Origin: Hypanus sabinus
Taxonomy: Eukaryota
Length of the DNA: 64,000 nucleotides
Reading direction: 5' to 3'
Assembly: GCF_030144855.1 (NCBI RefSeq)
Contig: NC_082722.1
Location: forward strand, 26,660,001-26,724,000
Part shown: positions 25,966 to 38,637 of the stretch, one piece after another
Layout of the letters: every line of letters begins with the position of its first letter
Numbering within the stretch: the first letter of the stretch is position 1
Position numbers and translations under genes: made by a program
Notes under the pieces: model-generated
Told to the model about the DNA's origin: nothing
Database searches by the model: none
What the model saw: only the letters and a program-made list of their open reading frames with translations

Positions 25966-26079
25966 TCTAAAAATGGAGCTGACAAACGTACTTGCGCAGC
26001 TCTGCAGCCTCACAATCCCATGAATACATTAGCATCTAAACTTCAAAGCAAAAATACATTGAGCGCAGATATACATTGA
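25966..26079 (+). pseudogene. Copy B second tail exon, acceptor lost, both Tyr replaced (RTCAAL, TLSADI)
   Basis: Clear nucleotide homology to 3860 and 62532; the acceptor reads cacaa instead of cacag. Confidence 0.75.
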
Positions 26080-27189
26080 ACACATCAAGGAAGCTATTTA
26101 GCTGAGAATCCTGTTGCAGTTCAGAGCTGTAGACCACCAATGAGCGCAGACCCGAGGCATTGCTTCGTTTCATTCCATACATCCAGACAAAAAAAATTAC
26201 AATCGATATCATATATATGAGTTGGGAAGAGAAGAGGTCATTTTCGTCTTGACATTTCTCCGATTCATTCAGCAAAATGGTACTGAAATAGAGTAAGAAA
26301 CTTGTGAATCGTGATCCGCCATTCCGCCTTTCTCTGCTGCCAGGCCATTTAATGTGATAATGTCATTTGCCTACCCTGTTGGCTAAGACTTCCGGTAACT
26401 CTGCGTTAATATAGGAACAGTGATATATTTACAAATTTGAATGCATTGTGTCATGCAGGCGGTAGGGCAATGGGTCGCTACTGGCCTTCATTGAAATGTT
26501 GTTAAAAGTTTTAGGTTTTATGGACATCGAGAAAGAAGTGATTTGTCACTGCATTAAACTTTGTGAATGGAACACAAAGAGGGTTGCTTTGTTTATTCAT
26601 TGGGTACCTTTTTCTGCATGACCCCTTTTTTAATCCACCGAAAATGTTAGATGTTTCTCTGGACGAGTACTTTATCTAAGTGTCAATATGAAAATTATTA
26701 TTTTTTTTTCGGAGGGGGAATTCGCATCTGTAATGATCACAATGGGAATTGTTTGTACATCAATATTTAACCTTGACGTGATTCAAAGCGCTTTGTTGGT
26801 TTCAAGTCAATGGTAATACGCAAAATTGTGACAGTGGGAGATGGGGCAAGACAGCAAGAACAAAATTACAAAAGTTGTGGACGCAGTTCAGTTGATTAAG
26901 AAACCCGCCCCTCTCTATGAGGTCTTTATATACTTGGCCCCACTGTTCCCATTAACCTGTGCGGATATGCAGCTGCGCAGTAACTGAAGGGCTCCTGCGC
27001 ACACAGCCTTTGCTGTCACGCAGCTCGAATTTTCCTTTAGATAATATTAATCTAATTTTGAAATTATGCTAATATGATTATGAAGTCTCTGTTAATGCAT
27101 TTGTGAAATATCATATAATTGCATAATGAACATAGGATAACTTTAATGTAAGACATTTTAGAGCTTCAACGTTCATACATTCTCAGTGT

Positions 27190-28130
27190 TGCAAGTTACA
27201 GCACTGGTACAAATTGTTCAACAAGTTCAGAATGGAAATCGGTGGCTCATTGTTAATGAACAACCAGCCTGTGCATAATCTTCCGAGAGGCCATGTAAAA
27301 AATTTCTGCTCAGAGCGATGGTTAGTCCACGCTGCTGCAAAATTAGAGGGGACTTTGCTTCGTATCCCGCTGATAAACAACCAGGCTAATCAAGGTATTT
27401 GGCTCGAAAAGGCAACAGTTCATTCTTTTTCCTTAATATTGTGAGTCCTGCTAAGTTCCTGCAGGATTTTGTGTTTATTACTCTGGATTTCAGCATCTCC
27501 AGAAACTCCTGTTTTTGTGATTTACTGGGCCACTGGAACAGACAGGAAAGATACTGTGTACGGAAGCGTTGAGGTAGACAGGAATCTTAGGGGACACATG
27601 GATAGTCTCCTGAAAATACGATACTCAGGTTATTAGTTAAGAGGGCCTTTGGCCAACTTGCCCTCTTCACGGTGTATTAACGAGTGCTGGAACATCATGT
27701 TGTAGCCATTGGTTAGGCCGCACTTGGAGGGTTGCGTGTTCTTCTGGTCACTATAAGATATAATGCACGAGGCAGAGTTAGAAAGATTGCAGTAGAAATA
27801 CAGCGGGACATTGCCTTGAAGGGGAGACAGTAGTGGCATGGAGGGATTGTATAGAAAAGGGTTTCTGACTCTGGAATATAGCAGTCTGGAGGATAAAATG
27901 AAACTTAGATAAACATTGCTACCGACTTTGATATTGTGCATTCTCAGAGTCAATTTCCCAAGCCTGGGGAACAAAGGCTAGAGGACATCGTCCTGAATTG
28001 AGAGAAGAAATATTTAAAGGAGAACTCTGCATGGCAGAGTTTTCACACAGAGGAGGCTAGATGTATAAAACATGTTGCCAGAGGAAGTGATAGAGGATCA
28101 GAAAATAACAGTTGCATAAATATAGCGTTG
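27190..28130 (+). mobile_element. Degraded CR1 3' fragments
   Basis: ttttcacacagaggaggctagatgtataaaacatgttgccagaggaagtgatagagg is a CR1 3' signature also seen at 10.5, 35.3, 50.0 and 56.3 kb. Confidence 0.55.
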
Positions 28131-29019
28131 CGAATGTTCGAGACGGGCCTCTTCCGTGCTGTACATCAATTTCTTCTTTTAGCTAAAGATCTGCAAAAAA
28201 GTTTACACGCAGGTCAACAGGAAGTTATAAATAGCAGAAAATAGAAATGCACGAATGAACCTAATGATATTATGGAAAGTCTTTGTGGTTAATAAATTTT
28301 TTGCAGATTTGTTTGTTTTTAATTTCAACGCTTAGATTACACACAATGGCTCAACGTTAAAATGAATTATTTCGAACCCTCTTCGTCCCAGCTAAAAGGT
28401 TCTCATGTTGTTCTGCAATGTCCCTGTTTCGATTCTACGGCTTGAACATTCTGCAAAGGGAACAATGTGAAGCGTTATCACAACATCAGATAAAATCCAA
28501 TGCAATTGCGGAACCAGTTATACTTCACAGTAGTACAGAAAAACTTATAACAATATCAATGACAAGAGAAACATATTGTTTATCTAGCGGTCCAAGCGTG
28601 ACGTAGCATCGATGGAGAGGAATGAACAGTAGATTTTTCGAGCCGAGAACCTTGCCTACCCTGTCATAAGAGAATACATGGAGAAGGATTGAGATTTACT
28701 TTAATTTGAATCAGAAAATAATGGAATCTAGTGGGAATTTTGTCAATGTCTTTCTATATTTCTTAACATACTCTTAAAAAAAGTGGCCTTCCTATGAAGA
28801 AAGTTCTTTTTTATTTGCGTGATGAATTGCAATACCGAGGTAGATTCTAGACTAACTTTCCTCTGTAGATGACTATGAAGTGTTGTCAAACTTGTTCTGA
28901 CATGAGCAGACCTCTGGGTGAAGAGAGCATTTGGTATCGAATCTGAAATGTAAACCTAAATGGAAGGAAAATATCCCTGTCCGTCCAAGGCAACATGGAA
29001 ATGTTAAGAGATATAGATT

Positions 29020-29810
29020 ATCACCGCTATTCAGGGCCCCAAACAGTCCGTCCTGGTGAGGCAACACATTGATTTCAGAATCTTTGATGTTTCTGTACTC
29101 TGTCCTGTACTTCCGATGCCGCCTCCTCTACGTTGGTGCGACTCAGTATAAATCAACAGATCGCATTTTTAGGCACCTCCACTGCATTCACGTAAACTGG
29201 AAATTCCGGTGGCCAGTCATTGTCCTTCCTGTCCCCATTCTCGTCGCGACATTTTGGTCCTCGGCTTCTTCTTCTGAAACCATGAGGCTACTCTGAGGGT
29301 GGAGAATCAACGTTTCATGTTTGGTCTAGGTATCCTCCAACCTGATGGCATGAACATCAATTTCTCCTTTCATTAATTTTTCTTTCTCCCTTCCGTCTTC
29401 CTGCTTTCCGCACTCTAGCCTCCTACGTCTTCTACTCACCTACCTATGTCGCCTCCTTTGTGTACATCCAGCTTCCCTTTCTCGCACGGTCTACTCTCCT
29501 ATCCTATCAGATTTCTTCATTTTCTATCAGTACTTTTCCTTTACCATCTATTTCCTGGAAGATTTTTACGTCATCTCCTCTCCCCCACTCAACTGGCTTT
29601 ACCCATGACCTTCTTGTTAGTCCTCCTTTCATCCTCCCGATTTTGTAGTCTGACATCTTCCCTCTTCCTTTCCAATGCTGATGAAGGGTCTTGACCCTAA
29701 ACATCGACTGTTCCTTCACTTCCATATATGCTTCTTTCCCGGCTGAGCTCCTTTACAATTTTGTGTGTGTCGTTATGGATTGCCAGCAACTCTGCAAAAA
29801 CTCTTCTGTT
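29020..29810 (+). mobile_element. Penelope-like element: GIY-YIG remnant plus terminal repeat
   Basis: IQGPKQS.LVRQH.., CRLLYVGATQ..DRIFRHL (ORF 29069-29296), ctccaacctgatggcatgaacatc, and terminal ctgatgaagggtcttgaccc. Confidence 0.75.
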
Positions 29811-29859
29811 GCTGATGTAAATTCTTCTATAATAACATTTGTGGAAAATATTTGACATA

Positions 29860-31580
29860 CGCAGAAAATTAGAATATTAGATCTAAAGGTAACGTGTTGG
29901 ATCTGACGGAGATTTGCTGAGATTGCTGGAGATAAGAGAAGGGAAGAAGGAGCATGCAGTCATAGGTCATGCTGGGTTCCCTTTGGTCTTCGACCCAATT
30001 TTCAAAGATCTGAATGAAGAAATAGAAGACCAAAGCCTCACAGCTGCTTTGCGTCACTTCTATAGACACTGGGTCCTTTCCCGAGTAAATACGGATGCAA
30101 AGAATCCATTTAAGTTCTCCCTGTTCTCTGTTAGATTCATGCATAGGTTATCATTCTGATCTCCCAGGGGACCATTTTTTGTCCTATGCAATCCTTTTTA
30201 TTTCCTCTCAAAATATCTTAACATACCAATTCAACTTTATTTCACACATTTCTACCGTACCTACCTCTACCTTCTCGGACATTTCAGATTAACCAAGCTC
30301 CTATTTGTTGAAAAATTTCTCCTAGACCCATTTTAACTATTTTCTCTCACGCCTTGAATTGATGCATTCTCATTTTCGCTTAACCTATCCTGGGTAAAAC
30401 ACTATAACCTAGGTCTGCCTACGCCCCTAGTCGCTTAAAATTCCTATTTAAGGTCAACGCTCAACCTCTTGTACTCAAGGAAGAAAAACGCAGCCTCGCC
30501 CTACTGTTAAAAGCTTGTTGTCCAGCAAACATACTTGTGAGTCCTTTCTGCACTGCGTTAAGGACGGCCATCTCTTGTCGATAGCTGGGCGATCAGTAAG
30601 GCACAGAATGCTCTTAGTGTTTCACTGCCGACGTGTATAGTATAACAGAACATCCCAGACCCTGCACTCACTGCTTCAACTGTTGTGTCAAGTGAGACAA
30701 ACACCTTCTTTACCAATCTCTACGTCCATCGCCACTTGCCCTCGGCCACTGTGTTCTACTTCAAACACCAGGGCAATTTACTGTGTAATTCCAGCTTTAT
30801 TTTATCCAACCAAATTGCAAAATTTCGCCATTGTCCAGGTTAAATTATATCTGCAATTGAAGGACCACTTACCCAGTTCATTTTCTTGGTTAGCTTTCAC
30901 TTTCTATTGTATCAACAATTCCGTTGCCTCCCCGAAGATATTAAAGATGTTAACAATATTATCCTCTTAAGTGCTTCAGAACTACATGATAAAGAGTACT
31001 CAGACCTGAACCGCCCTCTTTAGTATATCAGTATTTGGAGGCCTTCATTCTTGAATAGTAAATCTCCACTATCAGCTCCTTATGTTATACAAAACCAATT
31101 CGGTGCCCTCGTGTTTATCGGCTGGCTAACCCTGATTCCCATGTAGTCTGGCTTTCTATATTAGTCTGCCTTTGCGAATCTCAATGAAGGTATAGACTAC
31201 TGCCCTGCCCTCAGCAAATCTCTTCGTCACATCACAAAACAACTCAATGAAATATGTGAGATAAGATTCCCCGTGAAAAATCCATGCCGACTGTTACATT
31301 TTTAGTCATCGCCTTTCTAAATCCTGAGAGAAAATCTACCTCAGAATCCACTTCCCATCACCGATGTCAAGTTTGCTACCCATAACTCTCGGCCTATCCT
31401 TGCAGGCCTTTTAAATAAATGCACATTATCCGCACCTCTGTGTTCCGTTGCCACAATTGTAGTAAAAGACGGTGTTCATATCATGCAATTGCCATTATAT
31501 TTCCTTTCCTAACTTCCTCTAATGTCGACCGATACACTTGATCAGGCTCATCAAACATGCTGTGTTGTTACACCCCTAGT
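29860..31580 (-). mobile_element. Degraded CR1 ORF2 fragments
   Basis: The reverse complement contains ttctttgcatccgtatttactcggg (FFASVFTR) and RT-like segments. Confidence 0.55.
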
Positions 31581-31599
31581 TCCAACTGTAGTTACAACT

Positions 31600-32590
31600 C
31601 GATCTGGGAGGTGGTGGGGTTTGATCGTAATACAGTTCAGTATTCGTCTTTCGGAATGACCGCTTTCCAATGCCAATTTTGGATACCGTCCTCCGCTGTT
31701 CCTGGAACAAGAGGTGAATGAAGGGTTCCATCAGCAGAAGAACTGGTCTAGAGATATTGTCAGAAATGTATTAAGGCGAGAGAAGCTTTGTTGGCCAATT
31801 GGCGGCCAGAACAAGTCCAGGCCAATCGCCAGAGAAGATTGGGGGCGGCAATACCTTCCACCAGTGGCTCTGGTTCGCAACTAGATCTCAGCTGGAGATC
31901 ACCTCATGTGGGTTGAAGTCAGAAATTGGCCCTTCGATGCATCCATTTCTTCAAAATCCTGCGACGTGTCAACCCAGTTACCTATCATCTCCACTTCTCG
32001 TGCACCATGTCAATTCACCACACATTCCAGGGATCCCGCCTCAAACTCTTTCGCACCAGCTCTTTAGCTCCGGTTCCCAAACCTGTTGTTTCTCTCAGAA
32101 TTGTTGAAGGACAATCTGCCGAAACAGTCCGGTGTACTGAAAACCCGTATTGTTTGTAGTAAAAGTTCAGCACCTCCTGAATTTGGAGGGATGCGGTGCA
32201 GAAGGAAGAAGATGGATTCCTTCACGCGACATCCTGGATCCTACCTTGATGGGGTACTATCATCACCACCATCTTGATCGCACTGGGTCGTCAGGAGCCA
32301 GTTGTAGGAAGGGTGGATGTTGTAACTGTGGAGACTGAACTGTGGCAGGCATGCACGTTTCGGCACTCCAGTTACATGGACTATGGCTAACTGCGGCTGT
32401 CATTTTAAGACTCAGACTGCCAATTATTTCCTGCCACTTTCTTATAAAAATTCTATACTTAAGCCCTCGTGCTGAGTACTGAGGTATCAATCTGAGAAAT
32501 GCTGTTTCTAGTACAACCACTTGAGATTTCGCCTTTGGATTTCCTATTTGTCGCTTTGCTTATTATGAGCCTAAGTTAATCGAGATCTTC
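31600..32590 (+). mobile_element. Chromovirus-type Gypsy 3' end (integrase tail, chromodomain, PPT, LTR start)
   Basis: PFQCQFGYRPPLF, HHTFQGSRLK, QHLLNLEGCGAEGRRWIPSRDILDPTL, then purine-rich aggaagggtgg and tgtaac at about 32320. Confidence 0.7.
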
Positions 32591-33009
32591 CTCTGTATTT
32601 TGATACATCGCCATCAATTGCTCCCTCATTACGCTCTCATATTCGCGGTATTTATTTTTTATTTACTTATTATTGTTTCTTTTTGTATTTGCTCAGTTTG
32701 TTGTCTTTTGCACGCTGGTTGTACGTCCACTTCGGTGCAGTCTTTCATTGATCATGTTAATTTTATTATTCTATGGATTTATTGAGTATACCTGCCAGAC
32801 AACAAATCCCACGATTCTATAGAGTGACATAAATGTACTTCGATAATAATTTTTTAAAACATTGAACTTCTGTACTTTGATTCACCCGATGAGTGGACTA
32901 TTCTCCCAGAAATCATTGGATCCGTTGAGTCTGAAGTCGCTTGAGGAAAATTAATAAAATATTATCTCCAAAGTACTTAAGATATGATGATTTAAATCTA
33001 CAGCACGTT

Positions 33010-33094
33010 ATGAAAGTCTATTTACTCTGCCTAGAACTATTCTCATATTCAGACAAAGCGGATTGCATATGCGGAAATATTGTATTGCTTGGAG
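33010..33094 (+). other. Candidate leader exon of remnant copy C: MKVYLLCLELFSYSDKADCICGNIVLLG
   Basis: Open frame ending in phase 1 at g|gtaatg; contains ttcagacaaagc, shared with the copy B 5' region at about 16919. Confidence 0.35.
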
Positions 33095-34221
33095 GTAATG
33101 CCCTATTATAGAACAGGACGAATAAAAAACATTGCAATTCAGAAATTAGCATATTTTGAACGTACCCAACCAAGGGGGATTAACAACAGGCACGAAAATC
33201 AATCACAATCTAGCAAAATATCGTAAAACTTCAACTAGTCTAATCTGTATCCAGTACAAAGTGTCCATTCATTCTTTTTGAATTTGTTTTTCCTATCTAT
33301 TTAATGTTATCATGTTCAACTCTTTACAGCACAGCATGTTTCATCAACCGACAGTACACCATACATGAAATGTTTTTCTGTGGCTACATTTGCCTTACCA
33401 CATCTTCTTAAAACATCCCGTTTGTTATTTTTCAGCTAATGCTTGATTACATCAGTTAAAATCTCATTATGTATAGCCTGGTCTCAAATTTATTTGTTCA
33501 CATTCTGTCTGAGTTCTCTTATTGTATTAATAATTCACCGTTGCTCTACACTATTCATGTTAGCACAATTGCTCATATCACCTTTTTACCTTAATAAACA
33601 GACTTCGTGGAAATAAATGTGCCTTAATGTTATTTCTTTCCTTCGTAAATCTCATCGTTAAATTGCAATTGCTGTCATTTAGCAGCTTAAAACTCTGACA
33701 GTCAGGATCAGAAGACATCCTATTCTTATTGATTTATTTATGTGTGTATATATACATGTATGCGGTTTACATATTTAATCCCTTGCTCCTGTAGTTCATT
33801 GTACGATTATGCTAATACTCGCGTGTACTCAGGGTGGATTGGCAATTTTAGGCCAGTTGTTAAGTTTTGCAGAACGAATATACAAGGGAATAAATGGCAA
33901 AATGCTCTCTATTGTATTAATTGTTTCCTTTTTTAAACAATCTCCTGTATAAAAAAAGAGGAACTGTGGAATAATGGTTCTCGACGACAGACAATTAATC
34001 CTCACCAAGAAAGATATGATATTTCGATAGCATAATGTGGATGGCAGCTGGAATATCTGAATTCCTTATGATAGATCCATAACTTCAAACGGTCTTACAT
34101 TAAAAAGATGTTCAATTAACATCAATGGCATCACATTCTGACTTTATTTTAGAGCTAGGTATTCATTTTGTATGCTTATGGTTTTACAAAATATTTTGTG
34201 TGTTTTTTAGTTGTCCTCAAG

Positions 34222-34300
34222 GCATCAATGAAAATACTGTGAAAGCAAGTAAAGAGGAAAATGGATGGGGGAAAAACAACTTACATTCAAAAAGGGATAG
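34222..34300 (+). other. Candidate stalk exon of copy C: (G)INENTVKASKEENGWGKNNLHSKRD
   Basis: Polypyrimidine-AG acceptor; 19 of the first 29 nt match the copy B stalk exon; possible donors at 34250 and 34301. Confidence 0.45.
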
Positions 34301-34448
34301 GTGGACAGCAAATGCATTACATTTAGCAATGAAAAAGATTGATTTTCACACAATTTTATGGTGCTATATCGGACGAAGTTGTTTAAATATGCATGATAAA
34401 TTAATTTAAAATTTTGTTTTACATTTTATTACAGAATGCATTCAACAC

Positions 34449-36157
34449 TGTTTTATGTGCTGCTGGGGTTCATTTTGTTCTGTGGTCTGTCACTTGAAAA
34501 CGTCGGAAGAATGAGACTGAACTTTTGCTGCTTTGGATTTCGACTGACTACAGTGTGTATGGACGCATGCAAGGACATTGCCTGCTTCTGACTTGCGAAG
34601 GCGAAGAGAGGTGGAGTTATTTGATGGACAAACAATGCTATGGTTTCTCTGCAGCTTGTGTACATTTTCCGGCAGCTTATTTTGAACAGACAAGGGCACA
34701 CATAAAGACACAGTTAAAGTTAATATGGGTTCGGTCAATGGAAGACACCAGTGAGTTGATCGATAGTTAAAACTTTCAGTAGCCCAAAAGGGTGAGTTGA
34801 GATCGATCCTGAGTATTGATAAATGACTCTCACAAGTTTTCTGCAACTAGAACACGTTTGCAGGAAGAGAGGAGAGGAGAGGAAAGTTTGAAATTGAAGA
34901 AACCTAGTGACAAAGAAATCACTGTTAGGACTCTCTATCCAAGTAGACCGTGAGGGTGAGATTGTTTGCATTCGGCAATGGAAGTGTGAATGTCATCTAC
35001 TTACTCCAGAGGAGTGGGTTCTCTAGTGAAGGGAAAACCTTTGTGAGTACCACGTGTGTGTTTACCCTTTGTATGCGTGTATTATTTCACTGAATAAAGG
35101 CACCACTGTGGCTAATCACTGTTGGAGTTTTTTCGTATGTTATGGAACTGGATAAGTGGCTATCATATTGTGTGTTTGGGGTAGTCTTGTGGAATCTACC
35201 GGTGTTCTAACACTTGCCTGGCTGGTCGTTCCCTTGAAGATGGTCCACGTTTTGTGATAAGCAAGATAGAGGCAGGAAATATGTTCCAGATGCTGGGAGA
35301 GTCCAGTACCAGAGGACATGGCATAAGAATTAGGGGTTATCATTTAGGACAGAGTTAAGGAAAAACTTTTTCTCCCAGCGAGTTGTGGGGTGTGGAATGC
35401 ACTGCCTCAGAAGGCAGTGGAGGCCAATTCTCTGGATGCTTTCAAGAAGGAGCTAGATAGCTATCTTATGGATAGGGGAATCAAGGGATATGGGGACAAT
35501 GCAGGAAACGGGTATTGATTGTAGATGATCAGCCATGATCTCAGAAAGGCGGTGCAGGCTCGAAAGGACGAATGGTCTACTTCTGCACCTATTGTCTATT
35601 GTCTATAAGCTACTATTAGTGATAATCCACAAGTGGATTTTGTTTGAGTTTCCTGTGGCCACCACCTTGAAATGTTTCGTAGCTGAGTTCGGGTGTGGTA
35701 CCACTTGTGTTATATTCGTTGAAGATCACTGTCGGTGATACTTGGTGTGTGGAGTGGAGCAACTTCGGAGATGAAACCTACTGCTATTGTTATTTTGAAT
35801 TGGATGTCGTGGAATCTGTGGAATATCAACGTAATTTTCTTCTCGCAACATATGCCTTTGGATTACAAATATCTCTCTCTCTTACCAACAACAGCAACCT
35901 CGTGTATTGAACTGAACTTTCTCACATACCATCATAAGACTGTGTCATTTGCCACCTAAGCTTGAATGAGTTTGGGAAACATATATTCACACCTTTATAA
36001 CCTTATATTTGTCTAACACTGTTAAACCTTGGTTTTTCTGGTTTTATCTTCACTTTCATTGGTAGATAGTAATGAAATAGTGTTTTATTAGCAAATCTAA
36101 ACTCCAGGTGTGTTCCATTTCTGCTGTTTCTTTTAACCCGTTACAGAGTATGTAACA
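34449..36157 (+). mobile_element. Solo LTR (same family as 12791-13880, opposite orientation) with a CR1 3' fragment inserted at about 35270-35600
   Basis: TG...CA termini. The reverse complement of 36110-36157 (tgttacatactctgtaacgggtt..cagcagaaatggaa) matches 12791-12840. No target-site duplication was identified. Confidence 0.65.
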
Positions 36158-37399
36158 CGTGTTATCAGAGTTAAGGGACAGTGTTACAGGGCATCAGATG
36201 GACGATCCTGCTGAGACATTTACGATTTTCCATTCTACTAGAAAGAATGAAACGGATCTAGTGAGGAACTAACAAATATATGGGTGCTGAGTGGTCTTAG
36301 TGAGGAATGATAAAGGAAGTAATCAGGTTATCTTAAATTGGATTCAATCTCAGAGTGGAAATGTTATAAAATTACTCAGCGAGGTAATGTAGGGCTCTGG
36401 TGAATATATTAATTTCTAAGGCTTGTTCAATGTTACTCTCGAACAAAGAGAAAGTACATAACAGAATGTTGTTTTCAGTTCTATCGGATCTGATCGTCAT
36501 TAAACCAAGATCACGCACTGTTAGGGCTGCATGATGACTGGTGCACAACGGTCTCGTTGTGTTTCAACAATTCACACACAAGCGTCTAGTATTCTTTCCA
36601 ATCAGGATGATAACACACCATCCCCAAATACAAATCATACAGGAGAGTTTAACATATCTTCAGCTATCGTCTGGTTCATCCTGGAATTTTCTTAAACGTA
36701 TATCATTTACGTGCTCCATAGCTACCAATAAACATTGCTTCTCTGTATCAAACTGGGAAACTCGCAAAAGCAGTTAAACATCTAATTTATTCTATTTACT
36801 ATTGAGGAACGACTAGAGATACTTTATGCGGGACAGTCACATACCGGCCTTCATAAATTATCTTTGCAATTTCGTCCAGTGCATCACATTCTGAATTTAT
36901 TTGTGAGCTAGAATTAACAGCGGTTCAAATAATGACGTAAACTTTTAGTATGAGGTTTTTCTTTTATGAAAATGGAAAAGGGGTTGGTCAAAGATTACTG
37001 CTTCTGGGTGAAAGCCATGGCTGGAACTCTGAACCTAAAAGTGTGTGAGAGCATATGATCATCTCTAGAGGTCTCTCAGGTCCATCAAATCCGCTGCCTG
37101 ACAACAAGTGAAATGATAGAATATACGCCCTGGAGAGGGACTACGGGGGCGTTTAGTTCCTATTTTAGATTTACCCATGAATTCCCTTTGGGGGGGGGGT
37201 GGATGATTTGAGAAGTACTTGATTGCTTGAAAAATAGTTTCCAAATTTCCTGTAAAAAAAGATGAGCTTATCGGGATCATATTTACGATATGCACCCCAG
37301 TTCCTCATAGGGGAAATACCTTTTTACTGCTTCCAACCGTGAAAAATAAGAAACAATTAACAGAGGATGTCTCTATTGTTCAGAATCCTTTGTCAAAAC

Positions 37400-38050
37400 T
37401 ATTGGAATGACACGCCATTGGGAAACTGAACCACATTGCAAAGTTGGATTCGCTAAACGATGCTCAGTGGTAGGAAATGTACAGGCCGTTGTTCCCTGGT
37501 CTGGTGGTACTGAAAAAAGATTACCTTATCTTACTGAGGCTAAGAGTGACGTCCTGAACTCTAACCACCGTGAGGCGTATACCCTCCACTGATAAATAGC
37601 ATCAAAACTGAATTTGAGGCAATGGAGCCGCTTGACAGCATAACCTGAGTGAATGGCTTTTGTGGGGGCAGTGTTCCTATTCCAGGCCAAATGGCACATT
37701 GAAGATCTGTGTTGATCTAACAAAATTGATTGATGTAGTGAGGTGGTAGAAGTTTATTCTTCTCTCTGGTGACCACACCTTGTGTATGCTGGCTGGGGCA
37801 AAATTCTGTACTGAAGTATATGCAAAATTTGGGTTCTACTGATCGGTTCAGCTTCTGAGTCACAGGAGCTCACAACCTTTATCACACTAGGTGGAAGCTA
37901 TGCCATGAAGATACTCCCTTTTGTCTTCTCACCAGACGCCGAATTCTTTCAGATGAGGATGAAGGAAATTTTGGACGGACTTTAAGGGGCAATCTGCCAC
38001 GTGGACACACCTGCAGATATGGTGATCAGAATATACACATATGAATAACA
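37400..38050 (+). mobile_element. Degraded Ty3/Gypsy RT remnant (different family from 13.9-15.1 kb)
   Basis: GTLKICVDLTKL, SQELTTFITLGG..ILPF, EFFQMRMKEILDGL*GAICHVD. Confidence 0.75.
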
Positions 38051-38590
38051 ACATAACTTCATTGACTCAGCCGGGCAACACTATGGCTGCAACATTCTCC
38101 AAATTAGCGATAGTGCTGGTAGGCGGTACTCTTGAATAGTACACTTCACAAGGAATCCCCGAACTATTCAAAATAAACGTAACAATGGCGATATCAACAA
38201 TTATCGAATCTCGTTAAGTCATAATTAACCACTTTAGCTGCTCTAAAAACCTTGCAGCCCGATGCTGTCCGGCTCCATTTATCTCTTCCTGTTATATGAC
38301 AGGCTGAAAAGTTTAAAGCTCAAAATTTTGAAGATGAAAGTAACTTTATTTTCAAAATATGTACATATTACCATATAGCAACTCGAGATTCATTTACTTG
38401 CAGGCATTCCGATAGAACTGAGAAATACAACAGAGTCAATGTAAACTGCAGGAAAACTTTGAAAGATAACCAAAGTGGAAAATAATACAATTAAAAATAA
38501 AATGAATAAATAGTAAACGAATTGATAAGTAGATTGAATTTGTTGCTATCTACGAATGATTTTAGGTTTGATTAGTTTAACTTCCTTCAG

Positions 38591-38637
38591 GGACAGCAAT
38601 GCTGAAGTACAAGAGAACAAAGAAGTGATTCATCTTG
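38591..38637 (+). other. Candidate cytoplasmic exon of copy C: (R)DSNAEVQENKEVIHL, phase 2 to 1
   Basis: Good acceptor cttccttcag| and a weak donor g|gttaca; no paralog identified. Confidence 0.25.

Larger units (their letters stand above)
16944..26079 (+). pseudogene. Receptor copy B: VJ-C1-stalk-TM-tail Ig-superfamily pseudogene
   Basis: Phase-consistent exons 16944-16998, 17174-17479, 18666-18956, 21967-22010, 24478-24560, plus tail exons 25118-25252 and 25966-26079. Lesions are TAA at 17419, TGA at 24517 and loss of the C1 B-strand Cys. No bridging exon from the TM exon (phase 2) to the tail (phase 0) was found. Confidence 0.8.

Noticed and set aside
33330-33900. Tiny phase-1 exon candidates (AQHVSSTD at about 33330; ERIYKGIN at about 33872) as a mucin-like stalk for copy C
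   Set aside because: Too short to distinguish from chance and the donors are weak; only transcript data could support them.
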